A stretch of DNA of 46,651 nucleotides, taken from the NCBI GenBank assembly GCA_001871015.1, contig MNUO01000108.1:1-46651 (forward strand), read 5' to 3'. The notes under the pieces are model-generated. The model was not told where the DNA came from and made no database searches. It worked only from the letters and a program-made list of their open reading frames with translations. The stretch is from Candidatus Desantisbacteria bacterium CG1_02_38_46 (GTDB taxonomy: Bacteria > Desantisbacteria > UBA1551 > UBA1559). Each line of letters begins with the position of its first letter. The first letter of the stretch is position 1. Positions 17,527 to 27,088 of the stretch are shown one piece after another. The position numbers and the translations under genes are program-made.

Positions 17527-20274
17527 ATGGTAAAAAAGGCAAGGAGTAAAAAGTATGTTTATTTTTTTGGCGGCGGCAAAGCTGACGGCAATGCGAGCAT
17601 GAAGAATCTTCTGGGTGGCAAGGGTGCGAATCTTGCAGAGATGGCAGGGCATAAAGATTTGAAATTACCTGTTCCGCCTGGTTTTACAATTACAACAGAG
17701 GTATGCACTTATTATTATACAAATAAAAAAACTTATCCTGCCGGCTTAAGAGAAAATGTGCACAAAGCAATGGGAAAAATAGAAAATCTCATCGGCAGGA
17801 AATTCGGGGACACTGAAAATCCCCTTCTTGTTTCTGTTCGTTCTGGTGCAAGGCGTTCAATGCCGGGGATGATGGAGACCGTGCTGAATATAGGTTTGAC
17901 AACGAAAACCATTCCGGGTCTTATCAGACAAAGCCGCGGCAACCAGCGTTTTGTTTATGATGCATACAGAAGATTGATTATGATGTATTCTGATGTCGTT
18001 ATGGAAAAAGCAGCAGGCATTGAACCCAAAGACGATGAGGGAATCAGGAAACAACTTGAAAAAATTATGGGTAAAGTTAAAGAAGAAAAGAATTATAAAA
18101 CCGATACCGATTTAACCGCAAAAGACCTTAAAGAAATCTGCAATTTATTTAAAGCTAAAATAAAGGAAGTTTTGAAAAAAGAATTCCCTGATGAGCCGTT
18201 AGAGCAATTATGGGGCGGCATTGGTGCGGTATTTTCTTCCTGGAACGGCAAACGAGCGGTAAGTTATCGCAGAATTGAAAGCATTCCTGATGAGTGGGGG
18301 ACAGCAGTCAGCGTGCAGACAATGGTCTTCGGCAATACAGGGCAGGATTCAGCTACTGGAGTTGGTTTTACCCGAAATCCTGGAAACGGTGAAAATGGAT
18401 TTTATGGAGAATATCTTATCAATGCTCAAGGCGAAGATGTTGTTGCAGGCATCAGGACTCCGGCTCCTATAAACGGATATTCAAGCTCAGAGCACAACAA
18501 GGATTTGAGGACGCTGGAAAAAGCTATGCCTGAAATTTACAAAGAACTTTTTGAATACCAGAAACGGTTAGAAAAACATTACCGCGATATGCAGGACATT
18601 GAATTTACAATAGAAAAAGGAATATTGTTCATGCTTCAGTGCAGAGTTGGTAAGCGCAACGGTCCCGCGGCTGTTAGAATGGCAGTGGACATGGTTAAAG
18701 AAAATCTTATTAAAAAAGAAGAAGCAATTATGAGAGTAACCCCTGGTCAGCTGGATGAATTATTGCATCCAGCTATTGACCCGGCTGTAGAAAAAAACAG
18801 CAAGCCAATAGCAAAAGGATTGCCCGCAGGACCTGGAGGTGCTACTGGACAAGTTGTATTTTCAGCAAACGATGCGGTAGCATGGAAAAAGGAAGGCAAA
18901 AAAGTAATACTTGTCCGAGAGGAAACAAATCCTGAAGATGTTGATGGTATGCGTGTTGCTGAAGCAATTTTAACAGCAAGGGGCGGGATGACCTCTCATG
19001 CTGCATTGGTTGCCCGGGGATGGGGCAAATGTTGCATAGTAGGTTGCGCTGCCATAGAAGTTAATTATGCTAAAAAAGAAATTTCAGTTGCAGACAGGAT
19101 TTTCAAAGAAGGTGATTGGATATCACTGAATGGAACAAAAGGAAATGTTTATGAAGGAAAGCTTCCGATGTGCGTAGGTTTGGTTGAAAATAAAGCGTTC
19201 AATGAGTTTCTAAAAATTTGCCGTGATGTAAAGAGGCTTGGAGTCAGAGCAAATGCAGATACGCCTTCTGATGCAGCGCAGGCAAGACAGTTTGGCGCCG
19301 AGGGAATTGGATTGTTCAGGACAGAGCATATGTTTTATGGAAAGGGCTCAGATGAACCCCTGTTTGTTTTGAGAAAAATGATTGTTTCTAAAGATATAGA
19401 TGAAAGAAAGAAAGCCCTTGAAGAATTATTTCCTTATATGAAAAAGGATGTCAAGGCAACTCTTGAAGCGATGGATGGTTTGCCTGTTGTTATTCGTCTG
19501 CTTGACCCTCCGCTTCATGAGTTTATTCCACGCGAGCAATTGAAACTTGAGCAACTTGCTTCAGAGCTCAACATAGATATGGAAGAATTGAGGAGAAGAG
19601 CTGAATCACTGCATGAGTCAAATCCAATGATGGGGCATAGAGGAGTAAGATTGGGAATTACCTATCCAGAAGTTACTGAGACGCAAGTCCGCGCAATATT
19701 TGAAGCAGCAGCAGAATTGATTAAGGAAGGCAAAAAGCCCTATCCCGAGATAATGATTCCTGTTGTTTGCGATGCTGCAGAGTTAAGTAACCAGTATGAA
19801 ATTGTGAAGAAAGTTTACAGTGAGGTTTTGAAAAAATATGCTCTTAAAAAAATCAAGTATATGTTTGGGACGATGATTGAAATTCCCAGAGCTTCCCTGG
19901 TTGCGGACAAACTGGCAGAAACTTCAGAGTTTTTCTCTTTTGGAACCAATGATATGACCCAGATGGGGTTCGGTTTTTCCAGGGATGATATCGGAGCATT
20001 TCTGCCGGATTATATTAAGAAAAAGATTCTTGAGGGTGACCCGTTCCAGAGTATTGACAGGTCAGGTGTCGGTGAATTAGTAAAGATTGGTATAGAGAGA
20101 GGAAGGAAAACACGCAAGAATCTGGAAGTCGGCATATGCGGAGAGCATGGCGGTGACCCTGAATCTGTGAAATTCTGCCACAATGTTGGAATGGACTATG
20201 TCAGTTGTTCTGCGTTCCGCGTTCCGATTGCTACACTTGCATCAGCCCAGGCAGTAGTGGAAAATAAAAAATAA
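17527..20274 (+). CDS. ppdK: Pyruvate, phosphate dikinase
   Basis: LLGGKGANLAEM, SMPGMM, GGMTSHAALVARG (phospho-His), GICGEHGG. Confidence 0.98.
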   Translation: MVKKARSKKYVYFFGGGKADGNASMKNLLGGKGANLAEMAGHKDLKLPVPPGFTITTEVCTYYYTNKKTYPAGLRENVHKAMGKIENLIGRKFGDTENPLLVSVRSGARRSMPGMMETVLNIGLTTKTIPGLIRQSRGNQRFVYDAYRRLIMMYSDVVMEKAAGIEPKDDEGIRKQLEKIMGKVKEEKNYKTDTDLTAKDLKEICNLFKAKIKEVLKKEFPDEPLEQLWGGIGAVFSSWNGKRAVSYRRIESIPDEWGTAVSVQTMVFGNTGQDSATGVGFTRNPGNGENGFYGEYLINAQGEDVVAGIRTPAPINGYSSSEHNKDLRTLEKAMPEIYKELFEYQKRLEKHYRDMQDIEFTIEKGILFMLQCRVGKRNGPAAVRMAVDMVKENLIKKEEAIMRVTPGQLDELLHPAIDPAVEKNSKPIAKGLPAGPGGATGQVVFSANDAVAWKKEGKKVILVREETNPEDVDGMRVAEAILTARGGMTSHAALVARGWGKCCIVGCAAIEVNYAKKEISVADRIFKEGDWISLNGTKGNVYEGKLPMCVGLVENKAFNEFLKICRDVKRLGVRANADTPSDAAQARQFGAEGIGLFRTEHMFYGKGSDEPLFVLRKMIVSKDIDERKKALEELFPYMKKDVKATLEAMDGLPVVIRLLDPPLHEFIPREQLKLEQLASELNIDMEELRRRAESLHESNPMMGHRGVRLGITYPEVTETQVRAIFEAAAELIKEGKKPYPEIMIPVVCDAAELSNQYEIVKKVYSEVLKKYALKKIKYMFGTMIEIPRASLVADKLAETSEFFSFGTNDMTQMGFGFSRDDIGAFLPDYIKKKILEGDPFQSIDRSGVGELVKIGIERGRKTRKNLEVGICGEHGGDPESVKFCHNVGMDYVSCSAFRVPIATLASAQAVVENKK

Positions 20275-20340
20275 AGTAGGTGTCAGGTCTTGAGTAGTGA
20301 GTTTGTATGACACCCTAAAGTTTTAACGAGGAGGTTTCAG

Positions 20341-21195
20341 ATGCGAATCGGTTATCTGGCGCAGTACAGTGAGGAAGAAGTCAAATTCGCAGTCAAATAT
20401 GGGTTCAAGAGTATTGAATTGCTTGTTCCACCAGGTGCACCTCTTGACCCGATAAAGACTGACGAGAAAACAATCAGGGAGGCAAAGGAAAATTTAGCCA
20501 AGAATGACATTGAAATTTCAGCTATTGGACATTATCCGAACAATCTTGACCCGGATTTGAAAAAGAGAAGGGATAACAGCGATTATCTTTTGAAGTTGAT
20601 GGACCTGTGCAAAAAAATGGATGTGAAGGTGCTGTGTACTTTTGCCGGAAGAGAGCCGGACAAAGATATTCCAGACAACATTCCGGCTTTCAAAGAGGTT
20701 TTCACTCCGTTCGCAAAAAAAGCAGAGGACCTGGGATTGAAAATTGGATTTGAAAATTGTCCGATGTTTCACTGGTTTCCTTTTCGCGGAGTTAATATTG
20801 CGTATTCACCCAGAGCATGGGATTTAATGTTTGATGCAGTTCCGTCTCCGGCATTAGGATTAGAATATGACCCATCACATTTAGTATGTATGCTTATTGA
20901 TTATATTGAAATTATAAAGCGCTATGGCAGTAAAATAGTCCATGCGCACGCAAAGGATGCAGAACTGATTCATCCTCAAGTTGATATTTACGGAATTCTT
21001 GAGCCTGGCACTCTACGGCACAGAATTCCAGGATATGGAGAAGTGAATTGGGCAAAAGTTGTTTCTGCGCTTGTTGAAACAGGATACCGCGGAAATCTTG
21101 ATATTGAAGGAAGACACGACCCGGTTTTTAATGCGGACCTTGAACAGGCAGGGCTTGTTCTTGCACTTAAACACTTGCAGCAATTTGTATGGTGA
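20341..21195 (+). CDS. Sugar phosphate isomerase/epimerase (xylose-isomerase-like TIM barrel)
   Basis: GFENCPM, YDPSH, HAHAKD, PGYGEVNW. Confidence 0.88.
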   Translation: MRIGYLAQYSEEEVKFAVKYGFKSIELLVPPGAPLDPIKTDEKTIREAKENLAKNDIEISAIGHYPNNLDPDLKKRRDNSDYLLKLMDLCKKMDVKVLCTFAGREPDKDIPDNIPAFKEVFTPFAKKAEDLGLKIGFENCPMFHWFPFRGVNIAYSPRAWDLMFDAVPSPALGLEYDPSHLVCMLIDYIEIIKRYGSKIVHAHAKDAELIHPQVDIYGILEPGTLRHRIPGYGEVNWAKVVSALVETGYRGNLDIEGRHDPVFNADLEQAGLVLALKHLQQFVW

Positions 21196-21204
21196 TGTAT
21201 TACT

Positions 21205-22461
21205 ATGTTAAAAACAATTCTTCGGGCGCTTCGTTACAAAAATTACCGTCTTTTTTTCAGCGGGCAGTGCATTTCTTTAATTGGTACCTGGATGCAACTG
21301 GTTGCTATGAGCTGGCTGGTTTACCGGCTGACAAATTCTGCATTTTTACTGGGTGTTGTTGGATTTGCAGGTCAAATTCCAGCTTTTCTTTTAGTCCCTT
21401 TCGCAGGTGTTTTAATTGACAGATGGAACCGCCATCGAATTCTGGTTATTACTCAAATTCTTTCTATGATACAGGCATTTGTTCTGGCATTCCTTACTAT
21501 GACAGGTATTGTTACATTCGGGCATATTATATTTTTGGCTATATTTCTGGGTCTTGTGAACGCTTTTGATATGCCATCTCGCCACTCATTTGTCGTGGAT
21601 ATGGTTGAGAAAAAGGAAGATTTAGGAAATGCCATTGCTTTAAATTCCTCTCTGGTCAACGGTGCAAGATTAATAGGGCCACCTATTGCAGGAGTCCTTA
21701 TAGCTGCGGTGGGTGAAGGTATGTGTTTTCTTATCAATGCAATAAGTTTCCTTGCTGCAATTATTTCTTTATTATCTATGAAAATTACACCAGTAGAAAA
21801 AGAAACCCGGCGCAGGAATGTCTTACAAGAATTAAGAGAAGGACTTACTTATGCTTTTAGTTCCATACCCATTAGATACATTATCCTCTTTCTTGGTTTG
21901 TTCAGTTTAGTTGGAATGCCCTATACTATACTTATGCCTGTTTTTGCTAAAGAGATTCTTCATGGGGGTCCTTACACCCTCGGTCTTCTTATGGGATTTT
22001 CAGGTGGAGGGGCTTTGATAGGTGCAATTTATCTTGCCTCACGAAAAAGTGTGCGCGGTTTGGTAAGAAAGATTCCGATTGCTGCAAGCATCTTTGGCGT
22101 CGGACTTGTTGTCTTTTCCCTGTCTCGTATCCTGTGGCTTTCTCTGGCACTGATGTTAATTACGGGTTTCGGAATGATGGTACAGCTGGCATCGAGCAAC
22201 ACAGTTTTGCAGACTATTGTGGATGACGAGAAACGGGGACGAGTTATGAGTCTTTATGTAATGGCATTTATTGGAATGGCACCATTCGGTAGTTTATTAG
22301 CAGGTGGCTTGGCAAGTTTGATAGGCGCTCCTAATACTTTGTTGATATGCGGTGGTTTATGCATTTTAGGCTCAATTCTGTTCGTGAGAAAATTTCCTTT
22401 ATTGAGGAAGGCGATTCGCCCCATATATGTAAAAATGGGCATAATTCCGGGGACGTATTAA
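21205..22461 (+). CDS. MFS transporter
   Basis: About 12 hydrophobic segments; FAGVLIDRWNRHR, RGRVMS motifs. Confidence 0.93.
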   Translation: MLKTILRALRYKNYRLFFSGQCISLIGTWMQLVAMSWLVYRLTNSAFLLGVVGFAGQIPAFLLVPFAGVLIDRWNRHRILVITQILSMIQAFVLAFLTMTGIVTFGHIIFLAIFLGLVNAFDMPSRHSFVVDMVEKKEDLGNAIALNSSLVNGARLIGPPIAGVLIAAVGEGMCFLINAISFLAAIISLLSMKITPVEKETRRRNVLQELREGLTYAFSSIPIRYIILFLGLFSLVGMPYTILMPVFAKEILHGGPYTLGLLMGFSGGGALIGAIYLASRKSVRGLVRKIPIAASIFGVGLVVFSLSRILWLSLALMLITGFGMMVQLASSNTVLQTIVDDEKRGRVMSLYVMAFIGMAPFGSLLAGGLASLIGAPNTLLICGGLCILGSILFVRKFPLLRKAIRPIYVKMGIIPGTY

Positions 22462-22488
22462 TTTCTTTCAAAAGGTTTTGCTGCAGGG

Positions 22489-23337
22489 TTATCTTAGAAG
22501 TGATTTTATTTCGTTGAGATGGACCCGTGCAGATTTTTCTCCCAGGGCAATGCAGATTTTTGCAGTTCTGAAATCAGCCCAGGGAATTGGACCGAGTTCA
22601 GGGCGTATTACCACATCTGCTTTATCTAATTGAGGCTGAGCAAGATAATACTGCTGGATATCAATTACTCGTATATATGTCTCAAATCTATTTTTTGGAA
22701 TATTGGGACATCGCAAATCAGGACGCACATCCACTGCTATAACTTTCTCAGCGCCCAACTCTCTAACTACATCCACCGGTACATTATCCAGTGTTCCGCC
22801 ATCCATAAGGAACATTCCTTCGTATTCCAGTGCTGGCCATATACCTGGCACAGTAGAGCTTGCATCAATTGCCATCCTTAACGGTCCTTTTTTAAACACA
22901 ACTTCTTTGCCTGACAGAATATCGCAGGAAATTGCTGCAAATGGAATTTTTAAATTTTCTATGTTAACCTTAGGAAGGAGAGTTCCAAGTATTCCTTCCA
23001 TTCGCCGCAGGCTGAAGAAAGATTGAGCAAGAGAGGGTATGTTTACCAGGCTCTGCTCAAGAATTTCCAACAATCTACCTGGTTTTTTTCCCAGGGATTC
23101 TTCCCCAAATTGTTTAAAACCAATACTGCGAAAGTAGTCAAGGAATCTGGTTATCCATAATTCCACATTTGATTCAAGGGCATAAGCACTACCAACGAGC
23201 GCACCGATACTTGTACCTGCAATTGATGAGATGGGAATTCCTTCTTTTTCGAGAACCCTCAGAATTCCCAGATGCGCCATTCCCTTAGCTCCTCCACCTC
23301 CAAGTGCTAATCCGATTTTTTTCATTTTTGCTCCCAT
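22489..23337 (-). CDS. Patatin-like phospholipase
   Basis: LGGGGAKG, GTSIG nucleophile elbow, DGG. Confidence 0.93.
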   Translation of the reverse strand: MGAKMKKIGLALGGGGAKGMAHLGILRVLEKEGIPISSIAGTSIGALVGSAYALESNVELWITRFLDYFRSIGFKQFGEESLGKKPGRLLEILEQSLVNIPSLAQSFFSLRRMEGILGTLLPKVNIENLKIPFAAISCDILSGKEVVFKKGPLRMAIDASSTVPGIWPALEYEGMFLMDGGTLDNVPVDVVRELGAEKVIAVDVRPDLRCPNIPKNRFETYIRVIDIQQYYLAQPQLDKADVVIRPELGPIPWADFRTAKICIALGEKSARVHLNEIKSLLR

Positions 23338-23364
23338 ATATATAGGGTTATTTGAACCAATACA

Positions 23365-23392
23365 ATTATATCATAAAATTTTCCAATGTCAA
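23365..23392 (-). promoter_or_regulatory. Sigma70-type promoter of the patatin gene
   Basis: Minus strand TTGACA-N16-TATAAT with TG extension. Confidence 0.7.
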
Positions 23393-23421
23393 TTTATTTT
23401 GAAATAAAAAAGGTTTTGATA

Positions 23422-23477
23422 TCAGGACTAAAGTCCTGAGTTACGTAACTCAGACCTTCAGGTCTGATTTTTCTTGA
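23422..23477. repeat. Family-A REP-like doublet
   Basis: 56 bp identical to 2775-2830. Confidence 0.9.
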
Positions 23478-23501
23478 CTTTTATTTTTTTTGTGTTATAA
23501 T
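23474..23501 (+). promoter_or_regulatory. Sigma70-type promoter of nikR
   Basis: TTGACT-N16-TATAAT with TG extension. Confidence 0.7.
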
Positions 23502-23532
23502 TATTAAAAATGTAATATGGAGGTAGGTCCGA

Positions 23533-23946
23533 ATGCCAGAGTTGCAGCGTTTTAGCGTCTCGCTTGATAAAAATCTTATAATTAAATTTGATAAACACAT
23601 TAGAGAAAGAGATTATTCTACACGTTCAAAAGCAATTGGTGACTTGATTAGAGAAGATTTGGTCAAGAAAGAGTGGGTTGGCGGGAAAGAAGTTGCTGGC
23701 GCAGTTACATTAGTTTATAACCATCACAAAAGGGAATTGGTGAATAAGTTAATTAACATTCAACACGACTTTCACGATTTGGTTCTTTCCTCGCAACATC
23801 TTCACCTTGATGAAGAAAATTGTCTGGAAATTATAGCGGTAAAAGGGAATCCCAAAGAAGTGGAAAAACTGGCTCATATACTAAAAGCTACAAAAGGTGT
23901 AAAGTATGGTTCTGTAACTATGGCCACAACCGGAAAAGAAATATAG
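23533..23946 (+). CDS. nikR: Nickel-responsive transcriptional regulator NikR
   Basis: RFSVSL ribbon-helix-helix, RSKAIGDLIR, YNHH, QHD, QHLHL...CLE nickel ligands. Confidence 0.95.
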   Translation: MPELQRFSVSLDKNLIIKFDKHIRERDYSTRSKAIGDLIREDLVKKEWVGGKEVAGAVTLVYNHHKRELVNKLINIQHDFHDLVLSSQHLHLDEENCLEIIAVKGNPKEVEKLAHILKATKGVKYGSVTMATTGKEI

Positions 23947-23948
23947 CA

Positions 23949-23976
23949 GTATTATTTTTTTCTTCAATTGTAACAC
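23949..23976. promoter_or_regulatory. Putative NikR operator
   Basis: GTATTA-N16-TAACAC imperfect inverted repeat with the 6-16-6 geometry of the E. coli NikR box. Confidence 0.55.
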
Positions 23977-24196
23977 GAATTTTAAAAATATAATACAATA
24001 TGAGGTTTGAAACGAGAGGGGGTGATTCCAAAAAGAGATGAGATGTGAAGGTAAAAAAACAAGAAGGCAGCCCTGTCGGTAAACAAGAACTGCCTTCCTG
24101 ACGGTACCTGTGTTACACAAAGGTAAACCCAGGCCCGCTTATGACATATATAATATCATAAGTCGGGTCAAATGTCAATAAAAAGGAGGCTCGACG

Positions 24197-26209
24197 ATGG
24201 AAAAACAGCAAATGGTAAGAGTTAAGAGAGTTATATTGGCAGGAGTGCTGGTTTTTGGTTTGGCAAATCAGATTTGTGCCGAAGAATCAGCAACTTACGA
24301 ATTAGGGGAAATAGTGGTAACGGCAACGAAATTGGAGGAATGGACTAAGAATATTCCTGCAACTGTGAATGTAATTACTGCCGAGGAAATTGAGAAATCT
24401 CAGGCAAAAAGTATGACAGAAGTTTTGGAGGATGTTGCAGGAGTAAGTCTTTCTGCGTCAGACGCGAGTGGAAGGAATCCTGTGCTGACTCTGCGAGGTG
24501 TGTATGATTACAATTCCAGTCATGTGCTTGTGCTTGTGGATGGGGTACCGATTAATTCACCGGATACAGGAAAGCCCTATCTGAATGCAATTCCTTTAAA
24601 CAATATTGAAAAAATAGAAATTGTAAAAGGCGGCAATTCTGCGGTATGGGGCGGCTATGCAATGGGAGGCGTGGTAAATATTATTACTAAGAAAGGAAAG
24701 AGAACTGGTGCAAAAGCTTCTGTTAGTTTAGGGGAATGGAAAACAAATATTATGAATGTTTCAGGTGAAGCGGTTTTACCATGGGATATTGCTTTTAGTT
24801 TGAACGCGGGCTCAAAAACAAGTGACGGCTACAGACAATATTCCAATTATGATATGCAGAATTTCGGAGGTTCTCTTTCCAAAAATGATGAAAAACTGGG
24901 ATATAAGGCATCTTTGAGTTTTGGGTATTATAATGAGAGTTGTAAATATCCAGGAACTTTAACTGAGACGCAATGGGAGAACGGCCAGTATCAAGTCGGT
25001 GACCCAAATTACTGGTGCAGTGATGGCAGGCAGAATAATGCTTATCTAAGATTGGGATTTGAAAAACACTTGCCATTCAATCTTTGCGCAAAAGCGGATA
25101 TAAATTACCTGAAGAAGGGTTATACATTTTATTACCGCAAAAAAAATACACCAAATGTAGAAAAAGCAGATATAAATGATGTCTCTGTTCCTGGGGGAGG
25201 AGTGCAACTCAGCGGAGAAGTTTTAAAAAATGCATTTACCCTCGGATGGGAGATGAAAACAGGATATGTAGATAGCAGGAATCATCCTGCTAATTCTGCA
25301 ACACTGGAAATTAATAAAAGCACAATAAAAGACAAGTACAAGTATACAACTCTTAATTATAGTGCTGTTTATCTTCAGGATATGTGGAAGATTTTTGATT
25401 GGCTGAACATAAATATGGGGATAAGATATGATGCGCTTGCTCATAAAATTGAGGATAGAAAAGCAGGTAAAGAATATCTTCCAAAAACAGATGCATGGAG
25501 TCCGAATTTCGGCGTAATGTTCAGGCCAATTGCCCATGTTGGATTGTTTGCATCAATAAGCCAGGCATTCAGACTGCCAACAGAATCTCAGTTTTGCCAA
25601 ACACCAGAGTTAAGACCTGAAAAAGGCATTAATTATGAGGTTGGAACAAAAATTTCAACTCAAAGAGCTTCTGTTGATATAAGTGTCTATCAGATGGATG
25701 TGACTGACAAAATTGCATACGATACAGACCCTGCCGGTTGGAAGTATCGCAACATTGGTGCGGTCAAACATCAGGGTGTGGAACTTAGCAGCAGGGTGAA
25801 AATTTTTGAAGGTTTAAGTGCCAGGATTTCAGGGGATATGATAAAAACCGAGATTATCAGTGACCCCAAGAATCCGGAGACAATAGGGAAAAATTTTAAT
25901 CAGGTTCCACTTTGGAAGGTTTCTCTGGGATTGGAGTATGCAAGCAGGGAACCGGGTTTTGTAGCAAAAATAGATATGCGCAAGGTTGGAGAATGGTATA
26001 TGGACACAAAAAATGAAGTGACATACCCGGGTTATTTTGTTACAGATGTGAAACTTTCCTGGAAGAAGAACGGTCTGGGTTATTTTATCTCCTGCAACAA
26101 TGTGCTTGATGAAAAATATTGCCGCAAGGCGGATATCTCAGGAACAACAAAGCGTTATTCTCCTGCTCTTCCAAGAACATTTTCTGCAGGGATGAGCATA
26201 GAACTTTAA
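24197..26209 (+). CDS. TonB-dependent outer-membrane receptor
   Basis: Signal peptide, EIVVTAT TonB box, LVLVDGVPIN, IEKIEIVKG..SAVWG..AMGGVVNIITK, C-terminal PRTF. Confidence 0.94.
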   Translation: MEKQQMVRVKRVILAGVLVFGLANQICAEESATYELGEIVVTATKLEEWTKNIPATVNVITAEEIEKSQAKSMTEVLEDVAGVSLSASDASGRNPVLTLRGVYDYNSSHVLVLVDGVPINSPDTGKPYLNAIPLNNIEKIEIVKGGNSAVWGGYAMGGVVNIITKKGKRTGAKASVSLGEWKTNIMNVSGEAVLPWDIAFSLNAGSKTSDGYRQYSNYDMQNFGGSLSKNDEKLGYKASLSFGYYNESCKYPGTLTETQWENGQYQVGDPNYWCSDGRQNNAYLRLGFEKHLPFNLCAKADINYLKKGYTFYYRKKNTPNVEKADINDVSVPGGGVQLSGEVLKNAFTLGWEMKTGYVDSRNHPANSATLEINKSTIKDKYKYTTLNYSAVYLQDMWKIFDWLNINMGIRYDALAHKIEDRKAGKEYLPKTDAWSPNFGVMFRPIAHVGLFASISQAFRLPTESQFCQTPELRPEKGINYEVGTKISTQRASVDISVYQMDVTDKIAYDTDPAGWKYRNIGAVKHQGVELSSRVKIFEGLSARISGDMIKTEIISDPKNPETIGKNFNQVPLWKVSLGLEYASREPGFVAKIDMRKVGEWYMDTKNEVTYPGYFVTDVKLSWKKNGLGYFISCNNVLDEKYCRKADISGTTKRYSPALPRTFSAGMSIEL

Positions 26210-26224
26210 AGGACAGGTATTAAA

Positions 26225-27088
26225 ATGGACAGGAAGACATGGGCAGGGATAATGCTTTTGGTTATTTCTGCCCTGTGCATCAGCATTTTTTTGTCGGGGG
26301 ATAGAAAAGGGAGTAAGCCCGTAAAAGGACCTCCTTACCAGAGGATTGTTTCTCTTTCTTCTACCACAGAGATTCTCTGTGATTTGGGAGCAGTAGATAA
26401 AATAATAGGAATTGGCGGTGTAAGCAAAAAATCTCCTTATTATGAAATTCTTAAAGATAAACCACAGATTGGAGGTGGGTTTCACAACCTCAACATAGAG
26501 AGAATTTTGGGTCTTAAACCAGATTTAGTCTTCTGCTGGAAAGCGCATGCGGATGTTCTCAAATCAAGGGATTTGAATGTGTACCCCACAGGTCCTTATG
26601 ATATAGAGGGGATAATGGAGTTAATAAAGGATGTGGGCAAATTTGTTGGTAAAGAGAAAGAAGCAGAAAAAACTATTTTTGATATGAAAACGAAAATAAA
26701 TAAGATAGAAGAAAAATTAAAAAATGCCGGTAGCCAGCCACTTGTTTATTTTGAAGCAGGAACGTTAGGCAAGTCAAGGGCTAAAGGTTCGCTCACGCAT
26801 GATTTAATTACAAGGGCAGGGGGAATAAATCTTGCAAAGGATGAACCGGTTCCATTTCCTTTATTAAGTAGTGAATGTATAATTGAGAAAAATCCGGACA
26901 TTATTATTGTTGAGGAATATGGCGCTCCTGTTGAAGAGATAAAAGCTCGCAGGGCATGGCAGAATATAAAGGCAATAAAAAACAACAGGGTTTATCAAAG
27001 TCCTGTGTATTATACCAATTACACTCCAAGGTGTCTTGAGGGGTTGGAACAATACGCTAAATGGTTTCATCCCGAGGTTTTTAAATGA
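26225..27088 (+). CDS. Cobalamin/iron-chelate ABC transporter substrate-binding protein (BtuF-like)
   Basis: RIVSLS, NIERILGLKPDLV, AGGINLA, NPDIII. Confidence 0.9.
   Translation: MDRKTWAGIMLLVISALCISIFLSGDRKGSKPVKGPPYQRIVSLSSTTEILCDLGAVDKIIGIGGVSKKSPYYEILKDKPQIGGGFHNLNIERILGLKPDLVFCWKAHADVLKSRDLNVYPTGPYDIEGIMELIKDVGKFVGKEKEAEKTIFDMKTKINKIEEKLKNAGSQPLVYFEAGTLGKSRAKGSLTHDLITRAGGINLAKDEPVPFPLLSSECIIEKNPDIIIVEEYGAPVEEIKARRAWQNIKAIKNNRVYQSPVYYTNYTPRCLEGLEQYAKWFHPEVFK

Noticed and set aside
24000-24190. Cobalamin riboswitch expected upstream of a btu/cobN-like operon
   Set aside because: The conserved GGGAA, ACTG and B12-box elements were not found.
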